The notes under the pieces are model-generated. The model saw nothing but the letters and a program-made list of their open reading frames with translations, did not search any database and was not told where the DNA came from. The translations under genes were made by a program, and so were the position numbers. 57,713 nt of DNA, from the IMG/VR virus record IMGVR_UViG_3300020477_000028, positions 1 through 57,713 of that record; one strand, 5' to 3'. The stretch's first letter is position 1; every line of letters begins with the position of its first letter. This document shows, one piece after another, positions 18,401 through 28,117 of the stretch. This DNA comes from a virus. Its lineage: Duplodnaviria > Caudoviricetes.

Positions 18401-21400
18401 TTTCTTTATTTGAGGAAGAGACATAAATGAATTAGTCCATGTAGGATTCACACCCATACGATCCATCATAAATACAGTATTTGCTGTAATAGTATTATTA
18501 TTAATATAAAATATATAAGGATCTTTTGCTATATCTACATAAGCATCTAAACGAGAAGATAATGTATTACTTATCATATTTAAACTATTCCTAGTATATA
18601 TTTGACTTAGATCAGTATTATTATTTTTAGTTACATTACCTATTAAAAGATTATCTTCTGCTAAATATAAAGGAGATTCTAGTTCTTGATCTAAAGACCA
18701 TTGTGAAATCATATGATCTACTAAATGTCTAGCTGTTTGTCCCACACCAAATTTACCCCCTAAGAAAGTTTCTTTTAAATGCATTTGATACCCTGGACTA
18801 AACCACTCTAAATCTTGTAAATTAGAAACAATATTAGAGACTGTAGAATAAAATTCAGGAGTACCTTTGGAATTTTCAATTTCATTAATTTGAGCTTGGC
18901 TTAAAAGATGTTTATTTTCTAAATATCTAACCATTGCAGCATCATTTTTCAATCCTACAGAATCTAATGGGCTTACTAACTGCACGAAAGTATTAGAACT
19001 AGTTAAAATTGAATCATATAATTCTAATTTTCTATTTCTAAGAGCTTTTGTATATAATCCCTTATTTTTAGATCTAGCTTCTTTATTTCCATCTACAGTT
19101 CTACGTCCATCATATTCAACATAAAAAGGAGACTTAGTTCCATCATTATTAGTACGAACCCCATAAGAAGCAAGCATAATATAAAGTTTATCTATATCAA
19201 AATCTGCACCTGTTTTAGAAGTAATTTCATCATAAGCTACAACTGTATCTCCCATATGTGCAGGTAAAAATCCTACTACTTCTAGACTATCAATAGAACT
19301 CATTCCTTGATTAGGTATACGATAGCCTATAGCTCTTAATAATCTTTTATCTTTTATATATTTTTTAATTTGAGTTTGAGACATTCCATCTACTCCAGGA
19401 ACCATATCTTTAAACCAACTAGGTAAAAATATTTGAGCTCTTACAACACCATTTTTAGTTACATAAGCAGGCCCTAATTTATTTTCATTAACTCCTTTTA
19501 AGATTTCAGCCTTAGTAGCATTATCTAATTCACTGAATTTACTAGTTTTTTGGAATCCAAAATTACTCATTTGAATATAAGATCCCCCTGGCATTTCTAA
19601 TTTAACTGTTTTTTTAGTTATTAAAGAAGAAATCATATTTCCTATATCTTCAGAAAAAGGATGAGAATCTAATCCTAAATCTCCTCCATACTTCCAAGTC
19701 ATTTTACCTCCTCGCTCTTCTAATTCTAAAGATTTTAATAATTTAGTAGAGGTATTCTCTTTAGAAGCAAAAGATTTAAGTAATATTTTTTGAATTTTTT
19801 CTATATTATTAATCTTATACATAGGCTGATCGTTAACATCTTCTCCAAGATATTCAATCCCCCATTCTTGCTCTAAAGATTCTTTTTGCGCATCAGATAA
19901 TGCTCTATCAATTTCATGAACTTCTTTAACTAAATCCCAACCTGAAACTTCTTTATATCTTTGAATAAAAGTACCATCCTTTTGCTTTTCCATATGAGTA
20001 GGAACTTTAAAGGTAGCTTCTAGATCAATATTACCAATTATATTTTTCTTTACTTGAGACCCTTCTAATTGTAAAGGAGAAACGTGAGGAGACAGTTCTT
20101 GCTGAAGCTTCCAATCTCTATTATCTAATTTAAATGGATTTAAAGTAGCATTCTCTAAAATATCTCCTAAAGTACCTTCTTTATGTATAACACTTGGTAA
20201 TTGAGCTCCTACTTTAATACCTGATTCAAATATAACCTCATCTACATTATTCTTCTCCATTAGTGTTAGAAGATTAGCTAATTCTCTATTTTTAATTAAA
20301 GAAGGAACTAAAACAGCTTGGGAATATTTTAAATAAGTAGGTATTTTAGTATTACTTAAACCTCTACTATCTTTAACTCCGTCTCTTATTCCAAAATACA
20401 TACCTTTTAAAGGCTGTGCAAGTATCATATTTAAATCTTCGACTGTAGGCTGTCCATATTTTTCAGGATCAGATAATCTTTTATACATAGGATCATAAGA
20501 TTCGTCCCATTTACCTAGCATAACCATTAAATCTCTCCACCTCCCCAATGTTATGTACGCTTGAGCGTCTGTAACATTTATATTTTTATAAGGAGAAAGT
20601 ATTTCTTTGGCCTCTGCTTGAGACATTCCTTGTTTCATATACCAAGAAAGATAATTCTTATAGTATTTACTTTCATCTATAATATAGTCTCTAATTATTG
20701 CAACATTAAAATGTTCTTTACCTTCTACAATTCGTAAATCTTGTCCAGGAGCAATTAATTCAGGAAGACGTTTTGCCATGTCATCTAAATTTTTATAAAA
20801 TGCTGGGTCTCCAGATAATAATTTCGTAGTTTCAACAAAACTAACCATATTATTTATCATATACTGACCTATAGCTAATCCTATAGCTGCATTATGCTTA
20901 ATTCCTTGGTCTTGAACTCTCTTTTTTCTTAAAAGTCCTGAATAAATATCTTTATCAATTGATCTGTTAGTTAAAATTTTCAAACCATTAGCATTAACTC
21001 TTTCTCCTATAACACCGTTTTCAATCGCTAATTCTACTTCTTTTAAAAATCTAAGACCTAATATAGCATTTATTCTTGGAGCTAAATAGTCTTTTACCTT
21101 TTCTTGATCAAAATTAACAATGAATTTACCACTTTCAGTCATAACCCCCATATCTTTAAGAGCTTTTTCATTATTTAACGATGGGAACATTACAAATTTT
21201 AATCCATTAGCACTTTTTCTAATAGGTTTACCATTTTTATCAAGTTTTGTATAATGATAATATTCTATTAAATGTTCATCTGCTAATTTATTTTTGCCAA
21301 ACAGCTCTTCATGTACAGATTGAATTCTTATTATCTCATCTATTGCATAGTTAGTAAATATTCTAGTTACTACAGGTCCAAAAGAAACTTCTTTTGTAAT

Positions 21401-24400
21401 ATGATTATATTCAAAACCTTGGCTATCATTTTCATATACATTTATAGGAGCAAATCCCTCAACTAAATACCAAACACTTTTATCTGCCATATTAGGTAAA
21501 GAAAAAGTATTTTTAAGTGTAAGATTTATTCTTGTAGCATGTTCTTGTTGAGGAGACATTGTTATATTACTATTACCTGCATCTCTAGAACCTTGTTCCT
21601 TAAGATTATTAAATGTTCTAATAGCTATATCTTTACCACTCATAAGTAATTGTTTAGCCCATTGAGAGCTTTGGGCCCAAGAATTTTCTTTAAGTCGTTT
21701 TCTTTCATATGCAGAATTATTTACTCGGCCTGCAAATTTAAATAAGTAATTATTTAAAGAATAGATCCAGAAAGTTTTAGATTCTGGTCCTATAATTGTA
21801 GTTTGACTAAAGTTTTCACCAGCTAACGCTTCTGCTTCAGCTAATTCCATAACAAAACTATATGAATAATCGTGAGGAGTTTCTATTGCCCACCCTTTTC
21901 CTCTTAAAGGTAATTTTTTTAATTTTTCTACCTGTACAGTAGCAGCTAATAAATCTTTTAATCCATGTTTTGCTCCTTTTCCTCTCTGACGTGTACCTGA
22001 CATTAATTGTTTTAAGCCTTGTAATTGAGTTTCTTTTGAAGATATTAATAGATCTAAAGCGTCTATAGATATTGATATACCTACATCTGAAAGTAAATCT
22101 ATAATATCATATTTAATAGAATCAGGAACTATTTGATCTTCTATATCTTTATTTTTTAAAGATTTTTCTAAACTAGAATATCTCTCTTTTAAAGAATTCC
22201 ATTTAGATCTAAGTCTATTTACTGTACTTTCATTTATAGTTAATGTATTCTCATCATTTAAATTAAAAATATTAGAGAGTTTTAAATTTTCAGCCCACTC
22301 ATTTTTTAATCTATATTTTCTAGTTTGTACCGCAGGATTAATAAGCTGCCAATAATTATCAATTGTTGCTTTACCATCTTCAGTCATTTTTGAAACTTTG
22401 GATACAATAGATGTAAGAAAGTTCATATCTGTCTTAGAAAAAGTATTAAATAATTGAGTTTTTTGATTATCATCTAATGATTTAACCGCTGCCACAACCT
22501 TTTCAAATGTAGGTTTTGATTTTGCTAGCTCATCAAGAGAATCCATCATTTGATCATATGCATATATATACGCTCCTTGATCGTCATAATAATCTACTAT
22601 ACCTGATAATTTACTTTCTAATATATTCCATAAAGTAGTTGAATTTTCAACCTGTACTAATCCTGTACGAGGATCTATAACTGGTTTACCTTCTCTAGAA
22701 AACTTTGGAAAATATGATAATAATATTTTTGTATTAATATTAGCATTTTGTTTACCTCCGAATTCAAAATGAGCACTCATAGCTTGAGATACATCTTTAT
22801 TATCTTTTTCTTGAGCTTCAGTTGCTATTTCTAAAGAAGAAAGTTTTAACATATCTATAATAGCACCTGATTTAGTTTCAGGATTATAAAAATATGTTAA
22901 ATTTTCAAGTAATACTTTAAGATTTTGTGCAGAAGTTTTATCTCCAGCTGCCTCTGCATCTGTAATTTTACGTTTTAAAAATCCAGTTAAAATATTAGAA
23001 CTTACTTTTATATTAGATAAATCTTTAATATTTTTAAAATTACCAGATTGATTAATTAACATAAGTATTAAACTCTTAGCTATTTCTCCTCTATCTTTAG
23101 AATTAAATCCTGCTTCTTCTAAAGCGGCTTCTCCTGATTTAGTTTTAAAAGAATCTAAACTTGCTGCTATCATAGACTCTTCTTGAGTAGCATAATATCC
23201 TCTAGAAAGCCTAGAATAATATTTTTTAGAACTTGGTTTTCTAAATAAATCAAGTAAATATTTTTCTAAAAGATTATAAAAACGAAGTGATAATCTTCCA
23301 AAGAAAGTTTTTCTTTGAGCCTGATTTGTTAATTCAAAATTTCTATATTCTTCAGATCTTAGCTCTTGCAAATGAATACTACGAGCTTGTTGTTTTGTTA
23401 AATTAAAACCAGTATATTTATCTTGTATTTTTTGTATTTGCTCCGAAGTAGGTTCTCCATATTTTTTAGAAGTTTCTTTATTTAGAGCAGCTATTTCTTT
23501 AGCAGTTAAAAAAGACTCTTCTACAACATGCCAAGCTTCATGATATTCTGCACCTTGTTTAGCTTTATTAGATATAGTAATCATACCTTTACTAAATAAA
23601 GCGAATGCTTTTACACCTTTTTTACCTATTTTTAAGATACCGTCTTTAATTTTTGTAGGTATTACTCCACCAAAAGTTTTATCTAACCATTTTAAAGCAG
23701 CTTCAGTATCTATAAGATCTTCTTCTATAGAATTATCTTTATCAAATTCCATAGTAAATCCAAAATCATCTTTATCAGAATCATATTCATCTTTTTCACT
23801 ATCATCAAAGATAATATCATCGTCTTTATGCTCCTCTTCAGACTTTAGTGTATCATCATCTTTAGCAGTTTTCTTTTTCTTTTTAGGTTTAGATTTAGAC
23901 TTATCACTAGATCTACTTATATTTTGTCCTACAACTACCTGTCTATTATGCTGAACTCTTCCAAACTCATCAAGTTGTATATCAGTAGTTAATATTCCTC
24001 CTGCTTCTATAAAATCTAAATTATAGTCATCATTAACACCAAGTTTATATGTCTTCCCTAAAAAGGTAAATTCTTCTATATTAGTATCTTGAAGTAATGG
24101 CATTCTAAAAATATTTCCATTAAATGCTCCTGAATGAGCATTTCTTTTTTTAGTATACTCTTCATTTAATAATTTATTTCTAAATTTTGCTTTTAATCTA
24201 GCCTCAGAAGATTCTTTAAAACTTCCAGCAGTGAATGCTATATTTCCAACTTGAAAATATGAAGAAGTATTATTAGAAGCAGTTTGAAATCCAAAAATAT
24301 TAGGAGATGAAGATTCAAGTTCTTCAACAGTTGGCATATCTTTAGTAGGAGTTACATGTGTGAGTAATCTTAAATATTGTCCTACAGTTAATCCTGTTTT

Positions 24401-27400
24401 TTTATACTGCATACCCATAGTAAAAGGTTTATCTGTAGTAGACTGTATAAGACCTTTTACTATTTCCCACAACTCATCAACTTCTTTACTATTTAAATCT
24501 CTCTGATTTAATTTAATAGGAATTTTAGTTTTTTCTATAGGATCTGTAAAAATTGCATACCATCTACCACTACCATTATTACTCTCAGAATAAATACGAC
24601 TTCCATCTACAATAATTCCTTTATTATTATATGCAAGTATAGGTTTTGATTTTCTGAATAAACTAGAAATTTTAAAATTACCTCCAGGTCCATATTTTTT
24701 TACTTTTCGATTTTGGTTATTAAACATTCCCCAAGTAGCATATATAATAGAACCATAGATATTCGTTTTAGGATCTGATATATAAGCATTTAAAATCTCT
24801 AAACCTAAATTAAGAGTATTTATACCTTCAGCATTAGACGACATTTCGTTCATAACAAATAAATTTGTCATAACAGATTCACCAGTTTTAGGATCTTCTA
24901 ATTTTACACTAATATCTAAATATTTAGCTATTAAAGTATGATAATTATTACCTTTTTTAGCTTGCTCTTTTAACCATTTTTTAGTTATTGCTTTACCGTC
25001 TTTTATACGCTTCTTAATTATAGGAGGTAATTGAGCATATGATTCTGGGCTTATAATATATTGAACTATTAATGATTTTAAAGCTTTACGAGATCTAGAA
25101 TGTATAAACTTATAAACTTTACTACCAAAATTATCTCTTTCTACATTTAAATTTACATCATCTCTATTATTCTGCTCATCTGAAGAATAAGAATCATAAT
25201 CGTCAGTTTTAGAATCTTCTTCAGGAGCATTAGGAGTTTCATCTACTTTCTTATCATCTTGGTCTTTTTGTTCTTTATTTTGATTTTTAGTCTGATTTTG
25301 TTGTTTGTCATTTCCTTCAGCTGGATTATTTTCTTCAAAGTTTATATCTTCTTTAGTATTTTCTTCTTCAGTAGTTTCTTTGCCCTTCTTTTTATTATCT
25401 CGATTTCTTTTTTTATTTTCTCGTTTTTTCTTTTCTATAGTTTCTTTTACTTCAGATTTAAACTCTTCTTTTGGAGTTCTTTTCTCTAAACCTTTATATT
25501 CTTGATCAGATAAAGCGAATTCCTCTCCAAATTCGTCTACAACTACCCACATAGAATCTCCGTCTTTACCTGTTATTTTTTTAAGAACTCCTCTAACCCT
25601 TCCTCCAGCAGCCCAAACATTATCTCCTTCTTTAACATTTTGGTCATCATCTAGAATACTATTTTCATAGTCTTTAGCATTTTTTATTTGTGCGTTTTTT
25701 CTTTTATTTCTTTCTTTTTGGTTATGTTCTACTTCTTGGAACCAAGGATGTTTTGTTATTCTAAATGCTTGATTTTTATTTAAAATTTGCATTCTAGATT
25801 TATCATGTAATCCTTTATCTAACATTCCCATAAATAGCTCTTCATTAGCTTTTACTATTGCTTTATCATCTTGAAGAGAAGGCAATTCTTTAGCACTTTT
25901 TAAACCTAAAGATTTTAATAATTCTCCAAGTTTTTTCTCAGTTTCTGTTATTTGTTTATCTAAAGTTTCTTTCTTTTGATTATTTTGCCATTTAGTAAAA
26001 GTTTTAGATCCTGGATCTTTACTTTTTAATGGTTTAGTGACAGACTTTTTTAAATTTTTAAGAGCTTGTAACTCTTGAAGTAAATTATAAGCAGGTCTTA
26101 AATTTTCAGGAACATTTGGCTCTGCTTTTGCTTTAAGTTTTGATAATCTTTCTGTGGCTTTAGTAATAGTTTTTGCAGCATTTCTAGATCCCTGTATAGA
26201 AAATCCATTAGCTCTCATAATATCTAACTTTTGTGCATCAGTTAAATGTGTATATTCTTTACCTTCTAATTGATTAAATAAATCTCTTTGAGAGTTTATT
26301 TCACTTTCAACTTGTTTAAAATCTATACCTTCAATTGTTCCAGAACCTCCACTATCATTATATCTTTTAAGCCATGTAAGAGCCTTATACATACGATCTC
26401 CTCCATCATTTTTCATGGCATTATAAATCATTTCAGATCTAGTAAGAGATTGCTCAGCATTTAACATTTCTACCCATTTGGCATCATTAAATTCTGCAAT
26501 CTCATCAGAATATTTATTAAAGACATAATTTTTATGAGCTCTATTAGATAAAGCTTGAGTTTGACTAAAACCAACTCCTAATCCCATACCTAAAACTCCT
26601 CCTGCTCTAACTGAATTTCTAAATTCTTCTGTATGAGGTTCATTTCCAGTCCATCTAGAAATAGCCATTTGTCCCATACCTTTTATAGAACCGAACATAG
26701 ATTGACCTGTAATATTTTCAAAATAAGTACCTCCTTGATCATCATATTGTCCTGTAAGATAATCCTTTTTAGTAAGATATTGGTATCCTTCTTCCCAACC
26801 TTCTATAGCTCCTTGAGCTCCCATCATAAGAGGTATCCTACCAAATCTTTTAACTCTGTCACTCCATTTTTTAGCCATATACGGGATTTTTCCCATTTTA
26901 CCGACAGTTCCTACCCAAGGTATAAATCCTATACCTATTTGAACAACGTCTCCTGCAAGAAGCATTTTATTTTTCTTGAAAACATCTTCAGCTCCTTTCC
27001 GAGCTTGACTTTCTAACATTGCTATTATTTTCTTTCCCTCCTCTGTTTTAGGATCTGGGTTTTTTCCTCCATTCCTTATAGCCCAGTCACGAGTTAAAGC
27101 ATTCTTGCGCTGCTCATACGCACTATACATTTCAGCATGAGATTCATTATCTCTCATTACGACAGAACCTATACCACCTATTATACCTCCAGCTGCAATC
27201 ATAATTCCATAAGCAATTTGTCCGTATCCAGGAACTGAATTTGAACCAGAAGCATATAATGCTGTTGATGCTGCTCCTGCCATAAAACCAGCCCCAAGAG
27301 TTGTTGCTAACCATCCTGCATCTGACATAGCTCCACCGACATCTTCTGCAGCTTCAGCGCTTCCCCAATATTTAAATATACTCGTACCCTCATCTTTTTG

Positions 27401-28060
27401 CTGCTCCCTTGCTTTCATTTTATAATGATCAGATACTCTATCTCTTGACGATATTTTTGATTCTTCTTCTAATACATTTTGATTAGCATCATTTATCTCT
27501 TCTTTTAATTCATTTATTTTCTCAAGAAGAGTATTATCTACATTCCCTTCTTCTACATCTTTTAAAGTCTTTCCTTTATTCTCTAAAAGTTCATCTATAT
27601 CCATTTGAGCTCTTAATGCTTTTCCTTTATATCTATCTATTCTTATCTCAGATGCAGTATTCCACATATGTTGCCACCATTGCGTATCTTCATCCGCATA
27701 ATCATTTAATAACCATTCATGAGTTGCTTTACCTGGTTGAAAAGTATTATCATATGTATTTAAAGGATGAGATAATAATGCATCTTGTACATTTCTACGA
27801 TAAGATTTATATGCTACATTTGTATACGTTTCAGGATTTGATTCGTATAATTGTCGTTTAGTATTACGACCTGTATTACCATCAGGTAATACTAATCCAC
27901 TATTATCTTGATTTCCAAGGGAGTTTGTACGTCTTTTACGAGAAGAATTTGTTAAATCCTCTCTTAAGTCTTCACTTTGTACTACTTCTTTGTCTATAAA
28001 TAAGTCTGTATAATTATCTATAGGACGAGTACGTCTTTTATTCTTATTTCCGTTTGCCAT
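15434..28060 (-). CDS. Giant virion-packaged two-barrel RNA polymerase (phi14:2 gp66-like) with two zincin-like HExxH motifs
   Basis: GYRIPNQG and TGADFDIDKL (19187-19204) catalytic motifs, plus TDAQAY, KYS and YVDIAKDP. HEAWH at 23528-23542 and HELLH at 15944-15958. N-terminal Gly/Ala-rich hydrophobic segments. Confidence 0.92.
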   Translation of the reverse strand: MANGNKNKRRTRPIDNYTDLFIDKEVVQSEDLREDLTNSSRKRRTNSLGNQDNSGLVLPDGNTGRNTKRQLYESNPETYTNVAYKSYRRNVQDALLSHPLNTYDNTFQPGKATHEWLLNDYADEDTQWWQHMWNTASEIRIDRYKGKALRAQMDIDELLENKGKTLKDVEEGNVDNTLLEKINELKEEINDANQNVLEEESKISSRDRVSDHYKMKAREQQKDEGTSIFKYWGSAEAAEDVGGAMSDAGWLATTLGAGFMAGAASTALYASGSNSVPGYGQIAYGIMIAAGGIIGGIGSVVMRDNESHAEMYSAYEQRKNALTRDWAIRNGGKNPDPKTEEGKKIIAMLESQARKGAEDVFKKNKMLLAGDVVQIGIGFIPWVGTVGKMGKIPYMAKKWSDRVKRFGRIPLMMGAQGAIEGWEEGYQYLTKKDYLTGQYDDQGGTYFENITGQSMFGSIKGMGQMAISRWTGNEPHTEEFRNSVRAGGVLGMGLGVGFSQTQALSNRAHKNYVFNKYSDEIAEFNDAKWVEMLNAEQSLTRSEMIYNAMKNDGGDRMYKALTWLKRYNDSGGSGTIEGIDFKQVESEINSQRDLFNQLEGKEYTHLTDAQKLDIMRANGFSIQGSRNAAKTITKATERLSKLKAKAEPNVPENLRPAYNLLQELQALKNLKKSVTKPLKSKDPGSKTFTKWQNNQKKETLDKQITETEKKLGELLKSLGLKSAKELPSLQDDKAIVKANEELFMGMLDKGLHDKSRMQILNKNQAFRITKHPWFQEVEHNQKERNKRKNAQIKNAKDYENSILDDDQNVKEGDNVWAAGGRVRGVLKKITGKDGDSMWVVVDEFGEEFALSDQEYKGLEKRTPKEEFKSEVKETIEKKKRENKKRNRDNKKKGKETTEEENTKEDINFEENNPAEGNDKQQNQTKNQNKEQKDQDDKKVDETPNAPEEDSKTDDYDSYSSDEQNNRDDVNLNVERDNFGSKVYKFIHSRSRKALKSLIVQYIISPESYAQLPPIIKKRIKDGKAITKKWLKEQAKKGNNYHTLIAKYLDISVKLEDPKTGESVMTNLFVMNEMSSNAEGINTLNLGLEILNAYISDPKTNIYGSIIYATWGMFNNQNRKVKKYGPGGNFKISSLFRKSKPILAYNNKGIIVDGSRIYSESNNGSGRWYAIFTDPIEKTKIPIKLNQRDLNSKEVDELWEIVKGLIQSTTDKPFTMGMQYKKTGLTVGQYLRLLTHVTPTKDMPTVEELESSSPNIFGFQTASNNTSSYFQVGNIAFTAGSFKESSEARLKAKFRNKLLNEEYTKKRNAHSGAFNGNIFRMPLLQDTNIEEFTFLGKTYKLGVNDDYNLDFIEAGGILTTDIQLDEFGRVQHNRQVVVGQNISRSSDKSKSKPKKKKKTAKDDDTLKSEEEHKDDDIIFDDSEKDEYDSDKDDFGFTMEFDKDNSIEEDLIDTEAALKWLDKTFGGVIPTKIKDGILKIGKKGVKAFALFSKGMITISNKAKQGAEYHEAWHVVEESFLTAKEIAALNKETSKKYGEPTSEQIQKIQDKYTGFNLTKQQARSIHLQELRSEEYRNFELTNQAQRKTFFGRLSLRFYNLLEKYLLDLFRKPSSKKYYSRLSRGYYATQEESMIAASLDSFKTKSGEAALEEAGFNSKDRGEIAKSLILMLINQSGNFKNIKDLSNIKVSSNILTGFLKRKITDAEAAGDKTSAQNLKVLLENLTYFYNPETKSGAIIDMLKLSSLEIATEAQEKDNKDVSQAMSAHFEFGGKQNANINTKILLSYFPKFSREGKPVIDPRTGLVQVENSTTLWNILESKLSGIVDYYDDQGAYIYAYDQMMDSLDELAKSKPTFEKVVAAVKSLDDNQKTQLFNTFSKTDMNFLTSIVSKVSKMTEDGKATIDNYWQLINPAVQTRKYRLKNEWAENLKLSNIFNLNDENTLTINESTVNRLRSKWNSLKERYSSLEKSLKNKDIEDQIVPDSIKYDIIDLLSDVGISISIDALDLLISSKETQLQGLKQLMSGTRQRGKGAKHGLKDLLAATVQVEKLKKLPLRGKGWAIETPHDYSYSFVMELAEAEALAGENFSQTTIIGPESKTFWIYSLNNYLFKFAGRVNNSAYERKRLKENSWAQSSQWAKQLLMSGKDIAIRTFNNLKEQGSRDAGNSNITMSPQQEHATRINLTLKNTFSLPNMADKSVWYLVEGFAPINVYENDSQGFEYNHITKEVSFGPVVTRIFTNYAIDEIIRIQSVHEELFGKNKLADEHLIEYYHYTKLDKNGKPIRKSANGLKFVMFPSLNNEKALKDMGVMTESGKFIVNFDQEKVKDYLAPRINAILGLRFLKEVELAIENGVIGERVNANGLKILTNRSIDKDIYSGLLRKKRVQDQGIKHNAAIGLAIGQYMINNMVSFVETTKLLSGDPAFYKNLDDMAKRLPELIAPGQDLRIVEGKEHFNVAIIRDYIIDESKYYKNYLSWYMKQGMSQAEAKEILSPYKNINVTDAQAYITLGRWRDLMVMLGKWDESYDPMYKRLSDPEKYGQPTVEDLNMILAQPLKGMYFGIRDGVKDSRGLSNTKIPTYLKYSQAVLVPSLIKNRELANLLTLMEKNNVDEVIFESGIKVGAQLPSVIHKEGTLGDILENATLNPFKLDNRDWKLQQELSPHVSPLQLEGSQVKKNIIGNIDLEATFKVPTHMEKQKDGTFIQRYKEVSGWDLVKEVHEIDRALSDAQKESLEQEWGIEYLGEDVNDQPMYKINNIEKIQKILLKSFASKENTSTKLLKSLELEERGGKMTWKYGGDLGLDSHPFSEDIGNMISSLITKKTVKLEMPGGSYIQMSNFGFQKTSKFSELDNATKAEILKGVNENKLGPAYVTKNGVVRAQIFLPSWFKDMVPGVDGMSQTQIKKYIKDKRLLRAIGYRIPNQGMSSIDSLEVVGFLPAHMGDTVVAYDEITSKTGADFDIDKLYIMLASYGVRTNNDGTKSPFYVEYDGRRTVDGNKEARSKNKGLYTKALRNRKLELYDSILTSSNTFVQLVSPLDSVGLKNDAAMVRYLENKHLLSQAQINEIENSKGTPEFYSTVSNIVSNLQDLEWFSPGYQMHLKETFLGGKFGVGQTARHLVDHMISQWSLDQELESPLYLAEDNLLIGNVTKNNNTDLSQIYTRNSLNMISNTLSSRLDAYVDIAKDPYIFYINNNTITANTVFMMDRMGVNPTWTNSFMSLPQIKKYVKYEKYLRGSTEGLEINGKTYYSKAENIIIDALSKALKEERGLKKTDPLPITNLSSPESLAKYYVRTKHDIKTEIEDSKIYQETLEKINNNELKIDDIITVKDLHNMIDKTTTNDMYQELVLFKFFLDMKKKASSLNKIVSASKADTVGANRGLLGSIISRNLIEQAVLESTFEGFNERFEGTMLGKYQSNGPDLMYNLFKDYFILGNPMIEESIYEIGNTVGKKWQMKTDEEFLRKTYNAFKTYLFTKTPYWKSINVEDLFYGKDSIAQKLYKYKNDEKSPIKDNALIRYLTPNFSNLKDGYDYITSPATTKKDGKEKDVLTEAWDSLLNHEDKNIQKFAKDLYKVSLVESGMQNTLFSYHELAPLDFETETGIYQEYGILINNIKDLGMNRSEIMDFLRGQTGNTSLVPEIQLKGKEGKMDVKGIGGMPLHIVLEPKGSRMRYVTHPAPVLEDSTGYPIFTPFLELKQGTSRHLYEHLGYDKTGNAVYRLAERTGRYDKGKNIYESPGTTAIKENEISVVDKKGQTRYLLEEKSILDITESYLEGGVSRNQALEINSELGIAFNESSERDGERFVSTQGESSDFTSMSFDIIDIKQDLNSILDPGYELKNSFMAPLQNINGAIKLGTFKTISEAIEKGVRIEDAINSALKYNLEMKESLLNTKGDLSLANEKGVYQGYSYFMNKARHLIGNNTLIDMLNLEEAALYEYKGEMMSIPNNSIPAITLLDMLQHEMGNSNTYTLIYNLMRNKLQGNPIDLMFVPENEFGLFLSKSKTIVAQYQYNEQYSQSAIIVRELKKDGKLNKKEIGIAVLHELLHYYTVEGVSKNPEFRKKIGTIASMYLTEHVDTMPKALAQYLNPDNFTGDPVNDELVHTKMLGEFITYGLTDPIVIKQLKKSVVTDSQGNVQSLWKSFVKALLDLFNIEKNDSLYDLLFRTVDEFVEKSVDLRDAKTQRNNFISSIFNNKDSRDALGRVEKASRKPNKKCD

Positions 28061-28117
28061 TTTTATTTAATTTAAAAATTAACTGTTATTTAAATTATTC
28101 GTAAATATACTAAAATA

